The notes under the pieces are model-generated. The model saw only the letters and a program-made list of their open reading frames with translations, was not told where the DNA came from and ran no database searches. A DNA stretch of 64,000 nucleotides, taken from Mobula hypostoma (Eukaryota). The stretch covers positions 35,836,001 through 35,900,000 of the forward strand of contig NC_086119.1 in the NCBI RefSeq assembly GCF_963921235.1. Direction: 5' to 3'. Shown here one piece after another: positions 12,545 through 25,569 of this stretch; the stretch's first letter is position 1; each line of letters begins with the position of its first letter. Position numbers and translations under genes: made by a program.

Positions 12545-13580
12545 TATTTCTTTACAGCAGCATCGGTCAATACCTGACTACGCAATAGCGATAGGGGCCT
12601 CTGTAGTCAGGGTACAGACTGGTGTTTCATTCGCTGTGAGCGAGAATGTGCTGCCTTCCCAATACCATGATAAAGGATGTCTCTGAGCAGGCACAAGGCA
12701 TTCTGAGAATGAGCAGCCAGAGATCATGGGCCATTTCTACTTGCTTATAACAACATAGGCAAGAAGAAAAGAGGTGCTGCAAAGAAGAGGTCATGTAGAA
12801 AGCTAAAGATTAGGACCCTCCAGGATTGCAATCCAAGGATTACTCCCTGTGTCTCAAAGTAGTGAAAGTAGGACTAGGAGAATAAGGCAAATGGTTGTGT
12901 GGCTGCAGAAATGCCAGAGACAGGATGCTTTAAACTAGTCTGGTAAAGATGTAGAATCCAAAGTGCCACATTGATGAGATTATACCACAGGCCCCCAATA
13001 ATTGCGGAGGAAAAGACTGAGAGTTAAAGATTTTGGTGAATAAAAGGTTAATATTGGCTTTTTGAATATGGAAACCAGTTTGCAGCTTAGTTTCTTAAAG
13101 ATACGGCCTTGGCTTTTAGCAAACAACTATTAGAATAAATACTTGCAGTAGATTACTTTATTAGAATAAGCTTCTGTCTTTGTTAATACAGACTTGTACA
13201 CAGGGCTAAGGTTTTTTTTTGAACTTTAGCTGTTGCTATGGGCATAGCTAATCCCAAACGAACTGCATGTGAACCTAGCTTATCTTCTGTAATTCACAAG
13301 GGAATCAAACAGACTTTGCAATTGATTTGTACATGTAATAAAAGGTGCTGTGCTCTCTGTATTAGTTAGAGATTGAAACCCACTGTTAGTAGTTCCAGTC
13401 CCCACAACTTTGTGAATAAAGCTCTCTTTACTTCGGTCTGAAATGTCTGAGTGGTGTATTTGAGTAATTTCTCCAACAGTAAACAGAAATTAGAGGTGTA
13501 TACATGAGGGAAATGAGGGAAATCAAAGATAGCTGTAGGAACAATAGAGGTGTAATAGATTATTTTAATTTTCTAAATTC

Positions 13581-14788
13581 AGAATCTGAATCAGGTTTAT
13601 TATCACCGGCATGTGACGTGAAATTTGTTAACTTAGCAGCAGCAGTTCAATGCAATACATAATCTAGCAGAGAGAGAGAAAAAAATAATAAATAAAATAA
13701 ACATAATAATAAACAAGTAAATCAATGATGTATATTTAATAGATTTTTTTTTAAATATGCAAAAACAGAAATACTGTATATTAAAAAAAGTGAGGTAGTG
13801 TCCAAAGCTTCAATGTCCATTTAGGAATCGGATGGCAGAGGGGACGAAGCTGTCCCAGAATCACTGAGTGTGTGCCTTCAGGCTTCTGTATCTCCTACCT
13901 GATGGTAACAGTGAGAAAAGGGCATACCCTGGGTGCTGGAGGTCCTTAATAATGGACACTGCCTTTCTGAGACACAGCTCCTTGAAGATGTCCTGGGTAC
14001 TTTGTAAGCTAGTGCCCAAGATGGAGCTGACTAGATTTACAACATTCTGCAGCTTCTTTCGGTCCTGTGCTGTAGCACCTCCATACCAGACAGTGATACA
14101 GTCTGTCAGAATGTTCTCCACGGTACAACTATAGAAGTTTTTGAGTGTATTTGTTGACATGCCAAATCTCTTCAAACTCCTAATAAAGTATAGCCACCAT
14201 CTTCCCTTCTTTATGACTACATCAATATGTTGGGACCAGGTTAGATCCTCAGAGATCTTGACACTGAGGAACTTGAAGCTGCTCACTCTCTCCACTTCTG
14301 ATCCCTCTATGAGGATTGGTATGTGTTCCTTCATTTTATCCTTCCTAAAGTCCACAATCAGCTCTTTTGTCTTACTGACGGTGAATGCCAGGTTGTTGCT
14401 ACGGTACCGTTCCACTAATTGGCATATCTCATTCCTGTACGCTCTCTCGTCACCACCTGAGATTCTACCAACAATGGTTGTATCGTCAGCAAACTCGTAG
14501 ATGGTACTTGAGCTATGCCTAGCCACACAGTCACGTGTATACAGAGAGTAGAGCAGTGGGCTAAGCACACAGCCCTGAGGTGTGCCAGTGTTTATTGTCA
14601 GCGAGGAGGATATGTTATCACCAATCTGCACAGACTGTGGTCTTCCGGTTAGGAAGTCGAGGACCCAATTGCAGAGGGAGGTACAGAGGCCCAGGTTTTG
14701 CAACTTCTCAGTCAGGATTGTGGGAATGATGGTATTAAATGTTGAGCTGTAGTCAATGAACAGCATCTTGACATAGGTGTTTGTGTTA
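13581..14788 (-). mobile_element. Rex1/Babar-type LINE, 5'-truncated, with an open 301-aa RT frame
   Basis: ORF 13861-14766: [34 protein letters not shown]; 3' tail (ATTCAG/TCTGA)n; inserted in an old CR1. Confidence 0.92.
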
Positions 14789-14961
14789 TTGGAACTGCCC
14801 TACTACTAAAGGATTAGGTGAGGGAATTTTTTTTTTAAATTGTATCCAAGAAAGTTTTCTGAAGCAATACATAGATGACCCTACCAGAAATGGGGCCAAA
14901 TTCAACCTCCTCTTAGAAAATGAAACAAGTGATTGACTTATTACTTTGGTACAGTAACCAC

Positions 14962-15527
14962 TGATGCCCTCAGTTGGTTGGGGTCGACCATGGATATTGC
15001 ATCTTAACTGCCAGGGCAGTAGGATATGGAAAACTAGCTGCCCAAGCTCCTCCTCCCCACGCAGCTGATGAATCCAAAGGAACAGCAGAGACCAGTACAG
15101 CTTGGCACAGTGGTGTCACAGGAGTTGCCAGTCAGCACTGGACTCAATGCAAGACTACGTTAAGGACACCAGCTCCAGATTTTTCCTAGGGGTTTACTCC
15201 TGAGAAGTCTTCCCCATGAGTGGTTACAGTCGCAGGGCAGCGGAGGTTTGAGATCAAAGTTTCCCTTCTGCTAGATCAGCTGCCAACCACGGCTGACAAG
15301 ACCTAACGGCCCAAGGTTTCTAGTTTTGATGTGCCAGTGACTCGCCTTTGCCTCTTCTTCCATCAGTAGAAACAGCAACACTGGGCTTAGTAGCTAAGCC
15401 GCATGTGAAGTCCAGGAGCTGGACTTGGCTGTTAGAGACACATGCCATTGGAAACCTTTAATAGTGGAAGCTTATCCCCACAAACCGCACCCCCCCCCAC
15501 CCCCAGCTGTGACAACCTTAAGGATCC
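14962..15527 (-). mobile_element. RTE-related non-autonomous/SINE-like element
   Basis: Minus strand contains GGCAGCTGATCTAGCAGAAGGGAAACTTTGATCTCAAACC, resembling RTE 5'UTR motifs; GC-richer block in an AT-rich intron; no ORF. Confidence 0.5.
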
Positions 15528-17215
15528 ACAATTCAACATATTCACGGAGAAAGATAGGACTGGTTTGCAAGTTAAATTGCTAAATTAGGGGAAGGTTAAT
15601 TTGATGACACCAAACAGGAACACTCTAATGTTAATTAGGAAAGACAGTGTGCAGGTAAAGGGACATCTAGCAAATGGAAGACTTAAGTTAAGTAGGAAGA
15701 CTTAAGGTCCAGCATGCTTCTGTTAGAGAGGGCAAGACTGTCAAGATTAGAGAAACTTGGTTGACAAGGGATATTAAGGGTCTTGTTAAAAAAAAAAGGA
15801 GCCAAATAGATTCAGACTCAAAGAGTCACTCAGCCCAATTCAGCCATGCCAGTCAAATTGCCTCGCCACATCCCAACCCCCTAAACCACCCCTATCCAAG
15901 TACCCATTGAAATGTCTTTAGAATGTTGTAAATGTATCTTTCTTCACCACCTCCTCTGGTAGCTTAGCTCACATGGCCACCACTTTGCATAGAAAAACTT
16001 GCCCTCTATATCCCCTTTAATCATTCTCTTCCTCACTTTAAACTTATGTACATTAAATCTAAACCTAAAAGGATAGGTGTAGGTGAGAGGGAGAATGTTT
16101 AAGAGGATCTGAGAGGTAAATTATTCTCATAAAGTGTAGGTAGTACCTGGAATGAAATGATAAAGTAAAGAACAGCAACAATATTTATGAGATGGAACAC
16201 ACACAAATATGCAGCATCTGACAATTTTCTTTTGTGATTGAACATTTATGAGGTAATTGAACATTAAGGTACTTGACTGAAGAATGAGGTGACATGGAAT
16301 TAATGGAGGCAAGTGAGATTAGTATAAACAGGCACAATCATCAACATAGATGTGGCAGATTGAAGGCCCTGCTTTGATACTAGGCAGCATTAAAATAACA
16401 ACTCTAAGTTACTATGTAACATTTAATGAAGCGCCCCAAAGTAAAATGTTTAAAAATATCTTTTTGGGACGTGGTCAATGAGCAGAACAATTCAGCTCTG
16501 AAAGATCACTGCCATTAAACTTTAGCTCAGCACCTCTCTCCACAGAAGCTGCCTGAGCAGAGTACACTGGCATTTTACATTTTATTTTAGTACTAATTAA
16601 ATAGCTTACTCTACCTACCTTACATGTAATTACCATCCTCTTGTTTAACTTCAAAGCTTGTTATGTCAAAGCAGGTAGATCTTTCCTATTCCTTAACATT
16701 GTGTCAAAACCCACAATTTAGTGAAGCAAGGTAACACTATCTAAAGCATATGCTAGAACGTTAAAGCACGTACACTGGCATCAGATAATTCACAAAATTA
16801 CCTGATTTATATATTTAATACAAGATTAAAATGTTTATAATCAGTAAAAAATTATCATATTTGTAGTTGGTACCTTAATGCCAATTTACAAGGAGCATTT
16901 TGTCCCCCTTCCAAATACAATAGAATGCACACTAAACCAGACTGCTGTAATGAAATAAAAAGCAAACCTCACATACTAGCTAGAGTATGTAATCTAGATT
17001 AGAATTTCAGATCTGTCCAATACAGGGCTATAGGATCAATAGCCACACTTTGTTGATTTCTATTCCATTGGAATCTTCCTCCAACCTTTCAGATACTGAC
17101 CAAAATGCAATGAAATTCCAGAAGACATTTGGATCGACACATTATAATTATTTAGCATCCACACAGCAGAACATCAAATCATAAACTTTTACAAATACAA
17201 AGGCAGTTTACTTAC

Positions 17216-17410
17216 AGTATTGTAGTGATTTGTGTAAACAGAATTGCCCAATCCAAATACTGCATATCTCAAGCCTTTGAGGTAAGTTTTGCCATATCTA
17301 AAGTCATGCGTTGCCTCTTCCAACCACTTACAGAACCAGGCTGCGCTTTCTGTTGGTTGCCCATCAGTGTATGTGGAAACCATGAATATGCAGAGAGTTT
17401 TATTCGAAAT
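17216..17410 (-). CDS. TYW1: TYW1 exon 5 (ISNKTLCIFMVSTYTDGQPTESAAWFCKWLEEA...YAVFGLGNSVYTNHYNT)
   Basis: ttcag|ATT ... ACT|gtaagt, 195 nt; flavodoxin motifs TYTDG and YAVFGLGNS. Confidence 0.97.
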
Positions 17411-17929
17411 CTGAACATACAAAAAAAATTAAAACATTTTGTAAAACGTGGCATAACCTCAGCTCCTCTATCATTCTCCTCAGATACCACTTTGTATAAT
17501 GACAATTGTATATTCATTAACATATTAAGATCATTCAACAAAATTCAGGTCTGTATATGACACCAGATTAAATAATATTGAGGTATTTCTGTAAAGCCAA
17601 CAACCTAGACTTTTATTTCAAACATCTCAGAGCAGATTTTCGAAATAAATATTGCAAAATATTCAAAGTTAAAATATGGGGTGTTACAACTAAACTCTGT
17701 AACATGCAAAAATACAACAAATCAAGTCAATCTGTTTCATGCAAGTATTAAAATTTAAAATCAAGTATCAAATAAGCAATGAAAGTAATCTTTTTGGAGA
17801 ACTTCTGGATTGTTGTTGCTACATGCTGTATTAATATAAATACAGCTAAGATTGTTAGCATTCCTCAAACGCAAACTACAGAAAGGTGGGAGCTTGCCTT
17901 TAACCCTAAAAAGAACTGCACCATTACAG

Positions 17930-18250
17930 AATATATACAGTAGCAGTTAGTGTAACAGTCTACAGCACCAGCAAAGGAAAGATTAGGATTCAATTCCCAC
18001 TACTGTCTACAAGGAGTTTGGATGTTCTCCCCGTGGCCTCATGGGTTTTCTCCCACATTCTAAAAAAAACGTATGGGTTAGGATTAGTAGGTTACGGGCT
18101 TGCTGCGTTGGTGCCAAAAGCATGTGATACTTGTGGGTGACCCTCCCCACCACCCCTGCATCTCCGGACTGAGTTGGCTGTTGACGCAAACAATGTGTTT
18201 CACTATATGTTTCAGTGCTTCAATGTAAATGTGACAAATAAAGCTAATAT
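17930..18250 (+). mobile_element. tRNA-derived SINE
   Basis: A-box-like TAGCAGTTAGTG, B-box-like GGATTCAATTCC, SINE body, LINE-type tail GTGACAAATAAAGC. Confidence 0.7.
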
Positions 18251-18664
18251 AATCTTATTTCGTAGTATCGAATAACATTTCTGTGCTGGAAACTAAATGA
18301 TACAAATAGGTTTAAAGCCCTTTCAACTTTAGGATACTAGATTCAAATCTAACTCAGTGGGTTGAAAATCTTCTGTGCGCTGTATCAAAGGGTCTTGTCT
18401 GAAGAAACCCCAAACCAGTTCCTATAGCAAAAATAAGTTATCTTTAAAACAGTAATAATTAACCATTTGATTCAGACATGTACAGGATACACAGGAAAAG
18501 AAAACACTCTTTCGAGTGGAAGAGGAAATTTACTTGGGTTTGGGTCTTCCATGGTGTTAGAATTCTACTCCTATACATGACAGACTATATATCCACTTTT
18601 ATGAATAATAGTTATCCCCTTTCATTATGAGCAGTATAAAAACTGATCCATTAAAATAACTAAC

Positions 18665-18766
18665 CTCATTCACCAGGTTATCGTCGGGATCATACTCCTT
18701 CAGATCAATAACTTCCGCAGGTAATCCAACTTTCTGTATGGCATCTGCAAGAATGTTGGCAAACCC
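18665..18766 (-). CDS. TYW1: TYW1 exon 4 (GFANILADAIQKVGLPAEVIDLKEYDPDDNLVNE)
   Basis: ctctag|GGG ... GAG|gttagt, 102 nt; TYW1 motif LKEYDPDD. Confidence 0.95.
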
Positions 18767-19156
18767 CTAGAGTGAAAGAATTTAAAAACGAAATAGGTAT
18801 TCAAAATGCTGCCTGTCCTATATTAGCACCATGCGGTTTGATCACAGCAGCTTCAGCTCAGATCCAACTCCATGCAGTGTCCAAGTTTTTATCTTTCACT
18901 TTACAAATCACCTATGTGTCTGTAATTCAATTCAAATCAGAAATCCAAACCAAACTATGGACAAATCCACATGTAAAGTTCCAATTCTATGATATTGCAT
19001 ACACAGTCCTAGTAGGAAAGAACCTAAGGGAATAACAAAGAGCATCATGGATCTGAACTAAGAAGGCATACTTAGAGAAAAAGTTTCAGAATTTTTTTTG
19101 AAACTGGGAACATATGTAGTGGAGCAAAGAAAAGAAGATAAATAGAATGGGAAAAC

Positions 19157-19495
19157 CTAGATAACAGTGCACACAGCGCAGTCCATCATGGTAACGCTCT
19201 CCCCACCACTGAGTACATTTACCATCTGTTTGTTTACTGCAGCCATATCAGAGGACAGAGACGATATGGTATTACCATCATCAGGCTCAACCAAGATATA
19301 CAATTGTGTGCCATCTGCGTAACTGTGGAAATCAAGTTTATGCTCTCTAATGATGTCTCCTAAGGGGAGCATGTGTGAGGAAAAGAGTAGGGGACCAAGG
19401 CAGCTTCCCTGAGCAACACCAAATAGTACATTGTAGCTCTTAGAAAAATGGTCTCCAAGACAAAAGCAAATCTCTCCAAGTGAAACCAATTAAGG
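19157..19495 (-). mobile_element. L2 RT fragment (with a short Rex1 piece)
   Basis: GVAQGSCLGPLLFS...FHSYADGTQLY. Confidence 0.7.
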
Positions 19496-19504
19496 ACACG
19501 ATCA

Positions 19505-22500
19505 GAGAGCCAACCCAGTTCTCAAAGCCATCTTGGAGATTATAAGAAATACGGTCAGGGAGAGCAAGGAGGTGATAGAAATGAGTTATAGGCAGGTGGT
19601 CACACCGGGGCCACGGGAGACAGACAAGTGGGTCACAGTCTGGAGGGGGAAGGGGAAGAGTCAGCTACTAGAGAGTACCCCTGTGGCTGTACCCCTTGAC
19701 AATAAGTACTCCTGTTTGAGTACTGCTTGGGCGGCGGGGGTGGGGGGGGGGAACAGCCTACCTGGGGGAAGCAACAGTGGTCATGCTTCTGGCACAGCGT
19801 CCGGCCTTGTGGCTCAGAAGGGTAGGGAAAGGAAAAGGAAGGCAGTAGTGATAGGGGACTCCATAGTTAGGGGTCAGACAGGCGATTCTGTGGATGCAGG
19901 AAAGAAATTCGGATGGTAGTTTGCCTCCCAGGTGCTAGGGTCCGGGATGTTTCAGATTGCGTCCAAGATATCCTGCAGTGGGAGGGAGAACACCCATAGG
20001 TCGTGGTACATACTAGTACCAATGACATAGGTAGGAAAAGGGAAGAAGTCCTGAAAAAAGGCTACAGGGAGTTAGGAAGGAAGTTGAGAAGCAGGACCGC
20101 AAAGCTACTTATCTCAGGATTACTGCCTGTGCCACACAACAGTGAGTATAAGAATAGAATGAGGAGGAGGATAAATGCGTGGCTGAGGGATTGGAGCAGG
20201 GGGCATGGATTCAGATTTCTGGATCATTGGGATCTCTTTTGGGGCAAGTGTGACCTGTAAAAAAAAGGATGGGTTGCACTTGGATCCCAGGGAGACCAAT
20301 ATCCTGGCGGGTAAGTTTGCTAAGGCTACTGGGGAGAGTTTAAACTAGAATTGTTGGGGGGGGGGGTGGGAACCGAACTGAAGAGACTGGGGAAGAGGCA
20401 GTTGACTCACAAATAGAGAAAGCTTGTAGACAGTGCCAGAGGGAGTATAGCCAGGTGATAGAGAAGGGATGCACTCAGACCAACGGTTTGAGATGTGTCT
20501 ATTTTAACGCATGGAATACTGTGAACAAAGTGGATCAGTACTTGGAGCTATGATGTTGTGGCCATTACAGAGACTTGGATGGCTAGGGGACAGGAATGGT
20601 TACTTCAAGTGCCGGGTTTTAGATGTTTCAGAAAGGACACGGAGGGAGGCAAAAGAGGTGAGGGCGTGGCACTGTTGATCAGAGATAGTGTCATGGCTGT
20701 AGAAAAGGTGGACGCCATGGAGGGAATGTCTACAGAGTCTCTGTGGGTGGAGGTTAGGAACAGGAAGGGGTCAATAACTTTACTGGGTGTTTTTTATAGG
20801 CCACCCAATAGTAACAGGGATATCGAGGAGCAAAAGGGAAACAGATCCTGGAAAGGTGGAATAATAAAAGAGTTGTCGTGATGGGAGATTTTAATTGCCC
20901 AAATATCGATTGGCATCTCCCTAGAGCAAGTGATTTAGATGGGGTGGAGTTTGTTAGGTATGTTCAGGAAGGTTTCTTGACACAAAATGTAGATAAGCCT
21001 ACAAGAGGAGAGGATGTACTTGATTTGGTATTGGGAAATGAACCTGGTCGGGTGTCAGATCTCTCAGTGGGAGAGCATTTTGGAGATTGTGATCATAATT
21101 CTATCTCCTTTACAATAGCATTGTAGAGAGATAGGAACAGACAAGTTACAAAAGCGTTTAATTGGAGTAAGGGGAATTATGAGGCTACCAAGCAGGAAAC
21201 TGGAAGCTTAAGTTGGGAACAGATGTTCTCAGAGAAAAGTATGGAAGAAATGTGGCAAATGCTCAGGGGATATTTGTGTGGAGTTCTGCATAGGTACGTT
21301 CCAATGAGACAGGGAAGTTATGGTAGAGTACAGGAACCATGGTGTACAAAGGCTGTAATAAATCTCGTCAAGAAGAAAAGCTTACAAAAGGTTCAAAAAA
21401 CTAGGTAATGATAGCGATCAAGAAAATTATAAGGCTAGCAAGAAGGAGCTTAAGAATGAAATTAGGAGAGCCAGAAGGGGCCATGAGAAGGCCTTGGTGG
21501 GCAGGAATAAGGAAAACCCCAAGGCATTCTGCAAGTATGTGAAGAGCAAGAAGACAAGACGTGAAACAATAGGACCTATCAAGTGTGACAGTGGGAAAAT
21601 GTGTATCGAACCGGAGGAAATAGAAGAGGTACTTAATGAATACTTTACCAGTATTCACTATGGAAAAGGATTTTGGTGATTGTAGTGATGACTTGAAGCA
21701 GACTGAAAAGCTTGAGCATGTAGATATTAAGAAAGAGGATGTGCTGGAGCTTTTGAAAAGCATCAAGTTGGATAAGTTGCCGGGACCAGATGAGATGTAC
21801 CCCAGGCTACTGTGGGAGGCGAGGGAGGAGATTGCTGAGCCTCTAGCGATGATCTTTGAATCATCAATGGGGACTGGAGAGGTTCCGGAGGATTGCGGAT
21901 GTCGTTGCTTTATTCAAGAAAGGGAGTAGAGATAGCCCAGGAAATTATAGACCAGTGAGTTTTAACTCAGTGGTTGGCAAATTGATGAAGAATAACCTAA
22001 GAGGCAGGATTTTATAAACATTTGGAGAGGTATAATATGATTAGGAATAGTCAGCATGGCTTTGTCAAAGGCAGGTCATGCCTTACGAGCCTGATTGAAT
22101 TTTTGGAGGATCTGACTAAACACATTGATGAAGGAAGAGCAGTAGATGTAGTGTATATGGATTTCAGCAAGGTATTTGATGAGGTACCCCATACAAGGCT
22201 TATTGAGAAAGTAAAGAGGCATGGGATCCAAGGGGATATTGCTTTGTGGATCCAGAACTGGCTTGCCCACAGAAGGCAAAGAGTCGTTGTAGCCGGGTCA
22301 TATTCTGCACGGAGATCGGTGACCAGTGGTGTGCCTCAGGGATCTGTTCTGGGACCTTTACTCTTCGTGATTTTTATAAATGACCTGGATGAGGAAGATG
22401 AGGGATTGGTTAGTAAGTTTACTGATGACACAAAGGTTGGAGGTGTTGTAGATAGTGTGGAGGGCTGTCAGAGGTTACAGCAGGACACTGATAGGATGCA

Positions 22501-23328
22501 AAACTGGGCTGAGAAGTGGCAGAAGGAGCTCAACCCGGATAAGTGTGAAGTGGTTCATTTTGGTAGGTCAAATACGATGGCAGAATATAGTATTAATGGT
22601 AAGACTCCTGGCACTGTGGAGAATCAGAGGGATCTTGGGGTCCGAATCCATAGGATGCTCAAAGCAGCTGCGCAGGTTGACTCTGTGGTTAAGGCGGCAA
22701 ATGGTGTATTGGCCTTCATCAATTATGGAATTCAATTTAGGAAACGAGAGGTAATGTTGCAGCTATATAGGACCTTGGTCAGACCCCACTTGGAGGACTG
22801 TGCTCAGTTCTGGTCGCCTCACTACAGGAAGGATGTGGAAGCCATAGAAAGGGTGCAGAGGAGATTTACAAGCATGTTGCCTGGATTGGGGAGCATGCCT
22901 CATGAAAACAGGTTGAGTGAACTTGGCCTTTTCTCCTTAGAGTGACAGAGGATGACAGGTGACCTGTTAGAGGTATATAAGATGATGAGAGGCATTGATC
23001 ATGTGGATAGTCAGAGGCTTTTTCCCAGGGCTGAAATGGTTGCCACAAGAGGACACAGGTTTAATGTGCTGTGGATTAGGTACAGAGGAGATATCAGGGG
23101 TAAGTTTTTTACTCAGATAGTGGTGAGTGCATGGAATGGGCTGCCGGCAGTGGTGATGGAGGCGAATATGATAGGGTCTTTTAAGAGACTTTTGGATAGG
23201 TACATGGAGCTTAAAAATATAGAGGGCTATGGGTAAGCCAAGTAATTTCTAAGGTAGGGACATGTTCGGCATAACTTTATGGCCAAAGGGCCTGTATTGT
23301 GTTGTAGGTTTTCTATGTTTCTATGTTT
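19505..23328 (+). mobile_element. Near-complete but disrupted CR1 LINE (ORF1 esterase, ORF2 endonuclease and RT)
   Basis: ORF1 SGNH motifs AVVIGDSIVRG and STNDIG; endonuclease motifs AITETW, GDFNCP, DHN; RT motifs QHGF, SGVPQGSVLGPLLF, FTDDTK; (TTTCTATG)n tail; many stops and frameshifts. Confidence 0.95.
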
Positions 23329-24448
23329 ACGTGATCAATCAGCATTTCAAATTTAGCTTTAAGCTCCAACCATCATATTCTCAAATATTTCTTCTTTGTT
23401 ATCTGTCAATCTGAGATTTAAAATAAAAACTCTTTTAGCCCAGTTTACCTTCTGGACATTTCCTAAACCACAACAGCAAGATATGGTGGTACTATCATGC
23501 AAATTAATGATACGATGGATTAAGATGATCCCTAAAATGTCATAATAAAACACTATGACAACCCAAGATATTCTTTAGCAAATAGTTCTGTAAATCAATG
23601 TCTTAAAGTCAGATTGAAATGTTTCTAGTTATAAGAAGACCCACATGTATTTCAATTCCTTGATATTGTATAAACAGACTACTTTATGGTCTGTCAATAA
23701 TGGTATCCCAAAACAAAGGAGCAGACTGTGACATGTATCTGATGACCATCACTGCTGAACAATATCAACTCAGTATCATTCACTGCCATTTGCATGAAAC
23801 TGTCAAGCAGACTAGAAACTATATAATAAATTTCAATATTTTTAAAAATGTTGCATAATAGCATACAGATAGAATGGTAATTCTTGTTTCAATGTTATGA
23901 CATACTGCTAGGAAAGGCAACATGATTGTCTACAACTTTGCACAATATATCAAATTAGATCATTTAAAGCAGAATCCTTTATTTAATATTCTTTCACAAG
24001 AGCGCTTATGTCCATCCAAACTGTCTTTGCAGTGGGTGGATTTTCAGTTCTTTTCAGATGCCAGTTAAGTCAAATCAAGTATTTTGGGTCTGAAGTCACA
24101 CAGGCCAGAACGGCCTATTTTATCAGAGCACAGGTTACTCAGAGGCATTTCTCCATCATTCCCGTAGATTCACGGTCACTATTATTTATCCCGGATTTTC
24201 ACAATAACTGTAGTTAAACTCCAATGTCCATGCTAGAATTTGAATTCATAACTCCAGTTTATTTGAAGGTAAGATTTTAAGTGAATTAACAACCACAATG
24301 TGTCCATGTAACACACATAAGCTAATTTTGTAAGTTGTGGACATTTTAAAATAACATTATGAAACTTTAAAACACACATCAAACTAAGACAAGCTCTAAA
24401 ATAAGAAAATATGCATTAATTTGTTTAAGAGATAAAAATATAACCTTC

Positions 24449-25339
24449 TCCACTTTCTGCTTTCCGCAGGGATTGCTCCCTACGCGACTCCATTGTCCAT
24501 TCATCCCTCCTCACCGATCTCCTTCCTGGCACTTATCCTTGCAAACAGAACAAGTGTACACCTGCTCCTACACCTCCCCCCTCACAACCATTCAGGGCCC
24601 CAAACAATCCTTCCTAGTGAGATGACACTTCACCCGTGAGTCTGCTGGAGGTCATCTACTAAATCCGGTATGGCCTCCTGTACCTCAGTGAGACCCAACA
24701 TAGATTGAGAGACCACTTCGCCGAGCACCTACACTCCGGCTGCCAAAAAAAGCAGGATTTCCCAGTGACTACCCATTTTAATTCTACTTCCCATTCCTAT
24801 TTTGACATGTTAGCCCTCTACTGCCGCAATGAGGCAACGCTCAGGTTGGAGGAGCAACACCTTATATTCCGCCTGGGCAACCTCCAATCTGATGGCATGA
24901 ACATCGATTTCTCGAACTTCCAGTAATGGACACCACCGCCCCTTCACCATTCCCTATTTCCTCTCTCACCTCACCTCCTAACCTGCCCATCACCTCTCCT
25001 GGTGCTCCTCCCCCTTCCCTTCCTTCCATGGCCTTCTGTCCTCTCCTATCAGATTCCTCCTTCTCCAGCTCTTTATCTCTTTCACCAATCCACTTCCCAG
25101 CCCTCTACTTCGCCACTCCCCCTCTCCTGGTTTCACCTAGTTGGTATTTCTTCCTCCCCTGCTTCCCACCTTTTTACTCTGACTTCTCATCTTTTTTCTC
25201 CAGTCCTAATGAAGGGTCTCAGCCTGAAAAGTCAACTGTTTACTCTTTTCCATAGACGCTGCCTGGCCTGCTGAGTTCCTCCAGCATTCTGTGTGTGTTG
25301 CTTGGATTTCCAGCATCTGCAGATTTTCTTTTGTTTGTG
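24449..25339 (+). mobile_element. Penelope-like element, older copy
   Basis: RDHFAEHL...LEEQHLIFRLGNLQSDGMNIDFSNFQ*; terminal region with a mutated hammerhead (CTAATGA, GAAAAGTC); AACCTTC repeated on both flanks. Confidence 0.88.
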
Positions 25340-25431
25340 AACCTTCCTAGTTCTTGCAACTTGCACCAACTTCTACATCAATCTTTTCCCTATTTAATCC
25401 AACACAAAATGCACCCAGATCAAGCACATAC

Positions 25432-25569
25432 CTCTGCAGTACCAGTCTGAGAACCAAAGAAAATCTTCACACCAGCAACATGGATTTCTTTTTCTTCGTG
25501 GACTAAATGTCCATTTTGAATCAATTCTTTAGGTACATTTGCAGTTAAGACTTCTTTTACTACTTCTTC
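25432..25569 (-). CDS. TYW1: TYW1 exon 3 (EEVVKE...VAGVKIFFGSQTGTAE), start of flavodoxin-like domain
   Basis: Flavodoxin FMN-binding loop IFFGSQTGTA; donor GAG|gtatgt. The tandem acceptor GAGCAGCAG allows a start at 25572 or 25569. Confidence 0.95.

Noticed and set aside
14985-15110. Hammerhead at CAGCTGATGAATCC (15062-15075)
   Set aside because: CTGATGA is present but there is no correctly placed GAAA/NUH with supporting helices.
19505-23328. Active or domesticated CR1
   Set aside because: Multiple stops and frameshifts, an altered RT motif (FTDD) and a missing 5' end.
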